The translations under genes and the position numbers were made by a program. DNA of 62,928 nucleotides. Source: Patescibacteria group bacterium. Lineage in GTDB: Bacteria > Chloroflexota > Limnocylindria > Limnocylindrales > CSP1-4. The stretch is taken from positions 1 to 62,928 of the forward strand of contig DATJGH010000137.1 in NCBI GenBank assembly GCA_035495215.1, read 5' to 3'. Positions within the stretch are counted from its first letter, which is position 1; the number at the start of each line of letters is the position of its first letter. This document shows positions 35,935 to 43,211 of this stretch, piece after piece. The notes below the pieces were generated by a model. It worked only from the letters and a program-made list of their open reading frames with translations. It was not told the DNA's origin and ran no database searches.

Positions 35935-38003
35935 TGCCGGGCGACCCCCTGGCTCCGGGTCCGTCGCCGGGCGCCCCGCCGGCCGGCTGGGGCGAGGCGA
36001 CCCGATTCCTGCCGCGAGACCGCCTGGGCGACCTGATCGCGGCGCTGCGCGCGGCCGGACGGCGCGTCGTCGCCCCCGTGGTCGAGGACGGCGCATTGAA
36101 GATGGCCGAGATCGAGAGCCCGAACGAGCTGCCATTCGGCTGGACCGCGAAGTCCGAACCCGGCGTGGCCCGGCTGGTTCGGCAGCCCGCGGGGTCGCCG
36201 GGCGCCGATCGCGCCTTCGACAACGGTCCCGCATGGCGCGGCATCAAGCCCTGGACGTTCCCGGCCCGGGTGGAGTCGCTGGCCGTCGAGACCACCGCGG
36301 ACGGGCGCCTCGCCGTCCGAGTCGAGGCGCCGGCGCTGCAGCCAACCGCGGTGTTCGGCGCCCGTGCCTGCGACCTCGCCGCGCTCGCGGTCCATGACCG
36401 CGTCCTCGCGGACGGTCCCGCGGTGGATCCGGACTACGCAGCGCGCCGCGGCGACCTGTTCGTGGTCGCAGTCGAGTGTGCCCTGGCCACGTCGACCTGC
36501 TTCTGCACGTCGATGGGCACCGGGCCCGAGGTGACGACCGGCGCGGACATCGTGCTGAGCGAGGTCGACGGCGGATTCGTGGCTCGCTCCGAATCGGCCG
36601 CGGGCGCTCGGCTCCTCGACGGGCTCGCGCTCGACATCGCCATGCCCGCGCGCGTCGCGCAGGCCGCCGACCAGGTGGCGGCGACGCGGACCGCCATGGG
36701 CAACCCGGTGCAGGCGGCGGGCCTGCACGACCGGCTCCTGGCCAACCTCGACCATCCGCGCTGGGACGCGATCGCCGAGCGCTGCCTCGCCTGCGCGAAC
36801 TGCACCCTGGTCTGCCCGACCTGTTTCTGCACCGGGCTGGAGATCGGCTCGGACCTCGAAGGCCGCGAGTCGACCGCGACCCGGACCTGGGACAGCTGCT
36901 TCACCGCCGGCTTCGCCCAGGTCGCGGGCGGCGGCTCGTTCCGGCCCCGGCAACGGGATCGCTACCGGCAGTGGCTCACCCACAAGTTCGGGACGTGGTG
37001 GGACCAGTTCGGGACCTCGGGCTGCGTGGGCTGCGGCCGGTGCATCGCCTGGTGCCCGGTCGGGATCGACGTGCGCGAGGAGCTCGCGATCATCGCCGCC
37101 CCCGCCCTGGCGGACGCCGCGCCCGCCGCGCCTGCCGCGACGCGCCGGCACCCGGTGCTCCAGACAACGGTCGAGCCGGGCTCGGTCCGGACGGACTACG
37201 TGACTGTGAAGGTCACCGAGGTCCGCCCCGAGACCGCCGATACGACGACGCTCGTCCTGGCCACGGACGATCCGTCCCTTCTCGCCGCACGCCCGGGGCA
37301 GTTCGTGATGGTCGCGATGCCGGCCTTTGCCATCCCCCCGATCTCGATCTCGCGGATCCGGCCGGACGGGCTCGAGCTGACGATTCGCGCGGCCGGTCCG
37401 GCGACGTCGCTGCTGGCCAGGCTCCAGCCGGGCGCGCAGCTCGGCCTCCGCGGCCCCCTCGGCCGGCCGTGGCCGATCGAGGATGCAACGGGACGCGACG
37501 TCGTGATCGTCGGCGGCGGGATCGGCCTCGCCCCGCTGCGCGGCGTGATCGACGCGGTGCTCGCCGACCGGGACCGCTACGGGGCCGTCCGCGTCTACGC
37601 CGGCGCGCGCACGCCGCGCGACCGCCTGTTCGTGGCCCAGCTCGATGCCCTGTCCGCCCGAGACGACGTGGTCGTCCGGTCCACCGTGGACCGGGCCGGC
37701 GCGGACTGGCTCGGCCGGGTCGGGATCGTGACCCAGCTGTTCCCGACGCCGCAACCGGGGATCAGCGGCGCGAACGTCACTGCCTTCGTGTGCGGGCCCG
37801 AGCGGATGATGACGGCGACCGCCGATGCGCTCGTGGACCTCGGTGTCCCGGCGGACCACCTGTGGTTGACGCTCGAACGGCGGATGGAGTGCGGCGTGGG
37901 GCTGTGCGGCCACTGCCAGCTCGGAACGCGGTTCGTCTGTCGCGACGGGCCGGTGTTCTCGGTCGCGGAGCTCGGGCCGGACCTCCGGCGGGAGGGGTTG
38001 TGA
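35934..38003 (+). CDS. group 3b [NiFe]-hydrogenase beta (Fe-S, AsrA/HydB-like) and gamma (FAD/NAD(P)-binding, 2Fe-2S, HydG/PyrK-like) subunits fused in one polypeptide
   Basis: 689 aa. Cys clusters CFCTSMGTG, CLACANCTLVCPTCFC, GCVGCGRCIAWCP. Ala/Pro linker. Then a ferredoxin-reductase-type fold (RPGQFVMV, ISISR, VIVGGGIGLAPL) and C-terminal CGVGLCGHCQ. Confidence 0.87.
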   Translation: MPGDPLAPGPSPGAPPAGWGEATRFLPRDRLGDLIAALRAAGRRVVAPVVEDGALKMAEIESPNELPFGWTAKSEPGVARLVRQPAGSPGADRAFDNGPAWRGIKPWTFPARVESLAVETTADGRLAVRVEAPALQPTAVFGARACDLAALAVHDRVLADGPAVDPDYAARRGDLFVVAVECALATSTCFCTSMGTGPEVTTGADIVLSEVDGGFVARSESAAGARLLDGLALDIAMPARVAQAADQVAATRTAMGNPVQAAGLHDRLLANLDHPRWDAIAERCLACANCTLVCPTCFCTGLEIGSDLEGRESTATRTWDSCFTAGFAQVAGGGSFRPRQRDRYRQWLTHKFGTWWDQFGTSGCVGCGRCIAWCPVGIDVREELAIIAAPALADAAPAAPAATRRHPVLQTTVEPGSVRTDYVTVKVTEVRPETADTTTLVLATDDPSLLAARPGQFVMVAMPAFAIPPISISRIRPDGLELTIRAAGPATSLLARLQPGAQLGLRGPLGRPWPIEDATGRDVVIVGGGIGLAPLRGVIDAVLADRDRYGAVRVYAGARTPRDRLFVAQLDALSARDDVVVRSTVDRAGADWLGRVGIVTQLFPTPQPGISGANVTAFVCGPERMMTATADALVDLGVPADHLWLTLERRMECGVGLCGHCQLGTRFVCRDGPVFSVAELGPDLRREGL

Positions 38004-38941
38004 TGGCGCTTGCCATGCCGGAGCCCGGTCGAGTCCGGCGCGTCGCCGAGGCGCAGCGACCGCGGGTCGGTGTCGTCAAGTTCGCGTCGTGCGACGGCTG
38101 CCAGCTGACCATCCTCGATCTCGAGGACGAGCTGCTCGCCCTCACCGACCGCTTCGATTTCGTCGAGTTCGCCGAGGCAACGTCGAAGCGCTCGTCCGGC
38201 CCATTCGACGTCTTGTTCGTCGAGGGCTCCATCTCCACCCCGGAGCAGGCGGTCGAGATCGTTCGCCTGCGGGCGGTCACGAGGACGCTGGTCACGATCG
38301 GGGCGTGCGCCACCGTCGGCGGGATCCAGGCCCTGCGAACCGCCTCGGAACACGAGGCCTTCCGGTCGGCGGTGTACCCGTCGCCCGCGTTCGTCGACTC
38401 GCTCGTGGTCGCCTCGCCGATCGCCAGCCACGTCACCGTCGACCATGAGCTCCGCGGCTGCCCGATCGACGGACACCAGCTCGTCGAGCTGCTGACCTCC
38501 GTCGCCACGGGCCGGCGCCCCCAGCTGCCGGACCAGGCGGTGTGCCTCGAGTGCAAGCGGCGCGGGTACGAGTGCGTCGTCGTGACCCGCGGCGAGCCGT
38601 GCCTGGGGCCGGTCACGCAAACCGGTTGCGGCGCGATCTGCCCGGGCATGGGGCGCGGCTGCTACGGCTGCTTCGGGCCCCGGGAGGGTGCCAACGTCGA
38701 GTCGCTCGCCGGCTGGTACATGAACGGGCCGTCCGGGCCGCGGGCCGCGGTCGACGTGGGCCGCCTGTTCGCCGGCTTCACCGGCGCGAGCCCGGCCTTC
38801 CGCGCCATCACGGATCGGCTCGGCGGACGCCCGCCCCTGCCACTGCGGCCGGCGCTGGCCCACCCGCCCGAGCTCGTCCAGGAGGCGCTCCCCACGTGGG
38901 GGCCGCAACCGGCGGAGGAGGCTGTCGATGCACACGAGTGA
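38003..38941 (+). CDS. hyhS: [NiFe]-hydrogenase small (delta) subunit, group 3b type
   Basis: Last 312 codons of track ORF 36476-38941. FASCDGCQL, GACATVGGI, CLECKRRGYEC, GPVTQTGCGAICPGMGRGCYGCFGP. ATG overlaps the upstream TGA. Confidence 0.9.
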   Translation: MALAMPEPGRVRRVAEAQRPRVGVVKFASCDGCQLTILDLEDELLALTDRFDFVEFAEATSKRSSGPFDVLFVEGSISTPEQAVEIVRLRAVTRTLVTIGACATVGGIQALRTASEHEAFRSAVYPSPAFVDSLVVASPIASHVTVDHELRGCPIDGHQLVELLTSVATGRRPQLPDQAVCLECKRRGYECVVVTRGEPCLGPVTQTGCGAICPGMGRGCYGCFGPREGANVESLAGWYMNGPSGPRAAVDVGRLFAGFTGASPAFRAITDRLGGRPPLPLRPALAHPPELVQEALPTWGPQPAEEAVDAHE

Positions 38942-40232
38942 CCTCCGCTTCCAGGTCCAGAACCTGACCCGTGTCGAGGGCGAGGGGTCGCTGCACCTGA
39001 CGGTCCGGGACGGGCAGGTCAGCGAGGCGCGACTGCAGATCTTCGAGGCGCCGCGGTACTTCGAGGCGCTCGTGGTTGGCCGGACCCCGAACGAAGTCCT
39101 CGACATCGTGTCGCGCATCTGCGGCATCTGCCCCGTCGCCTACCAGATGAGCGCGGTCCACGCCTTCGAGGACCTGTTCGGCGTCGAGGTCGAGCCGGCG
39201 ACGCGGGCCCTCCGCCGGCTCCTGTACTGCGCCGAATGGATCGAGAGCCACGCCCTGCATATCTACCTCCTGCACGCCCCCGACTTCCTCGGCTACCCGA
39301 GCGCGGTGGAGCTCGCCCGGGACCATCGCCAGCTGGTCACGGATGGGCTGCGGCTCAAGCAGATCGGCAACCAGCTGCTGGCGCTCCTCGGTGGCCGCGC
39401 GATCCACCCGGTCAGCGTCCGCGTCGGCGGCTGGTCGCGAGCTCCGCGGCGAGCCCAGCTCACGGCGTTCGTCCCCGCCCTGCACGAGGCGCTCCAGCTC
39501 GCCCGTGCCACGGTCGACGTGGCGCTCACGCTCACGCCGCCCGAGTTCGAGCGCGAGCCGCGGCTCGTCGCGCTCCACCATCCGGGCGAATACCCGATGA
39601 ACGAGGGCCGGATCGTCTCTGATCGCGGGCTCAACCTCCCAGCGCAGTCCTGGCCCGAGGTCTTCCACGAGGTCCAGGTGCCCTGGTCGAATGCGCTCCA
39701 GGCCCGGGACGACAGCGGCCTGCCGTATCTCCTCGGGCCCGCCGCGCGGATCGTGCTCGATCACGACCAGCTTCATCCGCTGGCCAGGGAGGCGCTCGAG
39801 AGCAGCGGGGCGCTGGAGTCGATCCGGCGCAACCCATATCGAAGCATCGTTGCCAGGGGCATCGAGCTGGTGCAGGCCGCCGCGGACGCGCTCGACATCG
39901 TCGAGGCCTACCGGCCTCCGGAGGCACCGGCCGTCACCTGGGAGCCGCGGCCGGGCGTCGCGGCCTGGGCCACCGAGGCGCCGCGGGGACTCCTGTTCCA
40001 TCGCTACGAGGTCGGCGAGGACGGGCTCGTCGCGGCCGCGACGATCGTCCCCCCGACGTCGCAGAACCAGGCAGCGATCGAGGCCGACATCGCGCTGTTC
40101 GCGCCCCGCGTCCTGGGCCTGCCGATGGACGAAGCGACGCGCCGGCTCGAGCAGCTGATCCGGGCCTACGACCCGTGCATCTCCTGCGCGACGCACTTCC
40201 TGGACCTGTCGATCGATGGGGTGCCGGCATGA
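38928..40232 (+). CDS. hyhL: [NiFe]-hydrogenase large (alpha) subunit, group 3b type
   Basis: 434 aa. N-terminal RICGICPVAY (RxCGxC) and C-terminal DPCISCATH Ni-Fe ligand motifs. GGAGGAG RBS. Confidence 0.95.
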   Translation: MHTSDLRFQVQNLTRVEGEGSLHLTVRDGQVSEARLQIFEAPRYFEALVVGRTPNEVLDIVSRICGICPVAYQMSAVHAFEDLFGVEVEPATRALRRLLYCAEWIESHALHIYLLHAPDFLGYPSAVELARDHRQLVTDGLRLKQIGNQLLALLGGRAIHPVSVRVGGWSRAPRRAQLTAFVPALHEALQLARATVDVALTLTPPEFEREPRLVALHHPGEYPMNEGRIVSDRGLNLPAQSWPEVFHEVQVPWSNALQARDDSGLPYLLGPAARIVLDHDQLHPLAREALESSGALESIRRNPYRSIVARGIELVQAAADALDIVEAYRPPEAPAVTWEPRPGVAAWATEAPRGLLFHRYEVGEDGLVAAATIVPPTSQNQAAIEADIALFAPRVLGLPMDEATRRLEQLIRAYDPCISCATHFLDLSIDGVPA

Positions 40233-40729
40233 ACGCGCCGGCGCCGGTGATCCGGCTGCTCGTCTGCGGCAATGCCGATCGGGGCGACGACGGCGCTCCG
40301 CTGTGCGCGGTCGCCCATGTGCTGCCGCGCCTCGACGCCTCGCTGCGCGGGCTGCTCGAGGTACGCCGTTGCGAGCAGCTGGACGCGACCGACCTCATCG
40401 ACGTCGCCCCCGGCGAGGCGTGCCTGATCCTCGACACGGTCGTCGGGGTGGAGCCCGGGGCGATCGTCGAGCTCTCGCTCGAGGACCTCGCGCTGCAGCC
40501 GACGGTCACGCCGCGGTCATCCCACGCCCTGCCGATCAGCCAGGTCCTCGGCATCGCCCGGTCCGTGCGCGGCTCCCTCCCGCGCGGCACGTTCGTCGGC
40601 ATCGGCGGCAAGTGGTTCGGGTTCGGCGAAGTCCGGTCACGTGCGCTGCGCGAGGGCATGGACGATTTCGAGCGGGCGATCACGGCGGCGATCGCGGCAC
40701 TTGCGACGCCACAGGAGGTTGCCGGCTGA
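40229..40729 (+). CDS. hydrogenase maturation endopeptidase (HycI/HoxW family)
   Basis: 166 aa from MNAPAPVIRLLVCGNADRGDDGAP (GNxxxGDDG motif), SSHALP. ATGA overlap with the hyhL stop. Confidence 0.85.
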   Translation: MNAPAPVIRLLVCGNADRGDDGAPLCAVAHVLPRLDASLRGLLEVRRCEQLDATDLIDVAPGEACLILDTVVGVEPGAIVELSLEDLALQPTVTPRSSHALPISQVLGIARSVRGSLPRGTFVGIGGKWFGFGEVRSRALREGMDDFERAITAAIAALATPQEVAG

Positions 40730-40803
40730 CGGGGCCGACCGGACCCCGCCCTTGGGGCCACTGGTCCCTTCGTTCGGCGCCGCAAGTGGCCGACCATCAG
40801 CAC

Positions 40804-42210
40804 ATGAGCGCATCGAGGCCACCGCTGCAGCCACGCTACCCGGGCATCCCGGCGATCGTCGACGGCTCCGAGGCCGTCGCCCACGTCGAGACCCGGCTCG
40901 CCGAGGTCGCCTGCGTCTACCCGATCACGCCGTCGACGACGATGGCCGCGATCTACCAGGCGGCCGTGGCGGACGGCCGGACCGACCTGTGGGGCACCCA
41001 CCTGCGCTTCATCGAGCCGGAGTCGGAGCACTCCTCGGCCTCCGCGGCGGAGGGCGCCGCGCTGGCGGGCGCGCGGGTCACCAACTTCACCGCTGGCCAG
41101 GGCCTGGTGCTGATGAAGGAGGTCCTGTACGTCATCAGCGGCAAGCGGCTGCCGGCCGTCTTCCACGTCGGCGCGCGGGCGCTGACGAGCCAGGCGCTCA
41201 ACATCCACGCCGGCCACGACGACGTGATGGCCGTGGCCGACTGCGGCTGGGGCATCCTGTTCGCCCGGAACGCCCAGGAGGCGGCGGACCTCGCGGCGAT
41301 CGCGCGCCGGGTCGCCGAGCTGACCGAGACGCCGTTCATGGTCGCGCAGGACGGCTTCCTGACGACCCACACGCTCGAGAACGTCCGGCTGCCCGAGGAC
41401 GAGCTGCTGCGCGAGTTCGTCGGCGACCCGCGCCAGCACGTGCGTGACCTGTTCGACCCGGCCGAGGCGCTGATGACCGGCGTCGTCCAGAACCAGGACA
41501 GCTACATGAAGGGCCGGATCGGCCAGCGGGCGTACACCGACAGGACCCACGGCGCGCTCGAGGGCGCGATGGCCGAGTGGACCGAGCTGACCGGCCGAGA
41601 GGTCCGGCCGGTGAGCACGTACCGGACCGAGGGCGCCCGCGAGATCCTGATCGCGATGGGCACGATCGCCGACACCGCGATCGCGGTCGTCGACCATCTC
41701 CGCGAGGCTGGCCGGCCGGTCGGGTGCATCGCGCTGACGGCGTTCCGGCCGTTCCCGGCCCTCGCCCTGGCCGAGGCCATCGGCGACGCCCGCGCGGTCG
41801 CGGTCGTCGAGCGGACGGATGAGCCGCTCGCCGCGGCCAACCCGCTTACGCGCGAGATTCGGGCAGCCCTGTACGACGCCGCCGCCGAGGGCGAGATGGT
41901 TCCCCGGGTGCGGTCCTACGTCGCCGGCCTCGGCTCGCGGGACGTCTCGGCGGGCGACCTGGTCGCCGTCTTCGACGATATCGCGGACCGCGCAGAGGTG
42001 AGCGATCGAGTCCGGGTCCTGGGCATCCGCCATCCCCTGGCGCTGCCCTCGACGTCGATCGACCTCCGGCCCCCAGGCGCCTACTCCATGCGCGGTCACT
42101 CGATCGGCGGGTTCGGCTCCGTCACGACCAACAAGCTCGTCGCCACGCTCGTCGGCGAGCTCTTCGACAAGCAGGTCCAGGCCTACCCGCGCTACGGATC
42201 GGAGAAGTAG
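40804..42210 (+). CDS. pyruvate/2-oxoacid:ferredoxin oxidoreductase, domains I-II plus the first ~40 residues of domain III (gamma), ending at an in-frame TAG
   Basis: AIVDGSEAVAHVE..VYPITPST..EHSSASAAEGAALAGAR..QGLVLMKE (alpha/domain I), then ..GHSIGGFGSVTTNKLVATLVG..AYPRYGSEK followed by TAG at 42208-42210. Confidence 0.85.
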   Translation: MSASRPPLQPRYPGIPAIVDGSEAVAHVETRLAEVACVYPITPSTTMAAIYQAAVADGRTDLWGTHLRFIEPESEHSSASAAEGAALAGARVTNFTAGQGLVLMKEVLYVISGKRLPAVFHVGARALTSQALNIHAGHDDVMAVADCGWGILFARNAQEAADLAAIARRVAELTETPFMVAQDGFLTTHTLENVRLPEDELLREFVGDPRQHVRDLFDPAEALMTGVVQNQDSYMKGRIGQRAYTDRTHGALEGAMAEWTELTGREVRPVSTYRTEGAREILIAMGTIADTAIAVVDHLREAGRPVGCIALTAFRPFPALALAEAIGDARAVAVVERTDEPLAAANPLTREIRAALYDAAAEGEMVPRVRSYVAGLGSRDVSAGDLVAVFDDIADRAEVSDRVRVLGIRHPLALPSTSIDLRPPGAYSMRGHSIGGFGSVTTNKLVATLVGELFDKQVQAYPRYGSEK

Positions 42211-42774
42211 GGCCTGCCGACGACCTACTACCTGACCATTGCGGACGCCCCGATTCGCGTGCACGCGGAGCTCGATCAGGTCGACTTCGTGCCGCTCCAC
42301 GACGTCTCGGCGTTCGATCTCGGAAACCCGCTCGCGGGTCTCGTCGACGGCGGCGACCTGTTCATCCAGTCGCCGCTCGCCGCGCCGGAGGCCATCTGGG
42401 CCTCGATCCCGGCGGACGCGCGCGCGGAGATCCTGGCGCGGAGCATCCGGGTGACCGCGCTCGACACCGCCGCCCTCGCCGTCCGCCACTCGCCGCGGCC
42501 GGATCTCGTGATCCGGATGCAGGGCGTGGCGCTGGTCGGGGTCTTCCTGCGCGTCGCGCCGTTCGCGGCGGCCGCGGGCATGGGTCGGCACCAGCTCCTG
42601 GAGGCGGTTGGCGAGCGGCTCGGGCGCTTCTTCGGCAAGCGCGGCACGAACGTCGTCCGCGCGAACCTCGCGGTCATCGGCGAGGCATGGGACGGGCTGA
42701 TCGATGTGACGGCTGCGATCGGCGGTCTCGAGACGGCAAAGCCGGTGCTGGAACGAGCGGGGGTGCTGCTGTGA
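42211..42774 (+). CDS. remainder of the PFOR gamma domain, same frame as the preceding ORF immediately after the TAG
   Basis: Codons after the TAG read GLPTTYYLTIADAPIRVHAELDQVDFVPLHD.., continuing the conserved GxE(K/R)xGxP..R(I) gamma-subunit motif. The first in-frame start (GTG 42259) would omit conserved residues. Confidence 0.7.
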   Translation, partial: GLPTTYYLTIADAPIRVHAELDQVDFVPLHDVSAFDLGNPLAGLVDGGDLFIQSPLAAPEAIWASIPADARAEILARSIRVTALDTAALAVRHSPRPDLVIRMQGVALVGVFLRVAPFAAAAGMGRHQLLEAVGERLGRFFGKRGTNVVRANLAVIGEAWDGLIDVTAAIGGLETAKPVLERAGVLL

Positions 42775-43211
42775 ATGAGGCGCATGGGTCCGAAGGCTCG
42801 CCGATCGTGGCCGACCGGATGGCCCGAACCCCGATCCTGATCCAGGCTGACGCCACGCTCACCGAGGCGGCCGGAATGATGGACCGCAACCATGTCCACG
42901 GCCTGCCGGTCATCGATCCCGACGGCACGCTCGTCGGCGTGCTGTCCCAGACCGACCTCAACCGCGCCCGCGCGACGGAGTACCTGTGGGTCAACTGGCC
43001 CGGGCTGTCGGTGCGCCACCTCATGACCAGCCCGGCCGTGACCATCCATCGCTCGACCCCGCTGATCGTCGCGGCGCGGAAGATGGAGCAGCTCGGGATC
43101 CACCGCCTCGTCGTGGTCGAGGACGGCGACGAGACGACGCCGATCGGAGTCCTGTCGATGAGCGACCTGATCCACGCCCTCGCCGAGGAGACGGACGGGG
43201 GTCGAGCCTGA
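42771..43211 (+). CDS. CBS-pair domain protein
   Basis: 146 aa. Two CBS motifs (HGLPVIDPDGTLVGVLSQTDL and HRLVVVEDGDETTPIGVLSMSDL). GTGA overlap upstream and TGATG overlap downstream. Confidence 0.8.
   Translation: MNEAHGSEGSPIVADRMARTPILIQADATLTEAAGMMDRNHVHGLPVIDPDGTLVGVLSQTDLNRARATEYLWVNWPGLSVRHLMTSPAVTIHRSTPLIVAARKMEQLGIHRLVVVEDGDETTPIGVLSMSDLIHALAEETDGGRA

Noticed and set aside
36476-38002. Upstream 509 codons of the 821-aa track ORF 36476-38941
   Set aside because: It is an Arg/Pro/Gly-rich alternative frame of the beta-gamma hydrogenase gene. Only the part from the ATG at 38003 shows small-subunit Cys motifs.
42208-42210. TAG as pyrrolysine or a reassigned sense codon
   Set aside because: At least eight well-supported genes in this window terminate at TAG (ends at 1563, 20252, 26666, 32567, 35336, 48159, 49259, 62671). 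No pyl genes are visible here. Local read-through cannot be excluded, but a code change is unlikely.
35514-42591. Very long minus-strand ORFs (35514-37913, 37595-39127, 38808-40196, 39934-42591) opposite the hydrogenase/PFOR genes
   Set aside because: All have Arg/Gly/Pro-dominated low-complexity translations. The plus strand carries unmistakable hydrogenase and PFOR motifs. The same reasoning applies to 14728-16230, 16139-17800, 42674-44878, 46615-48114 and 55729-58593.
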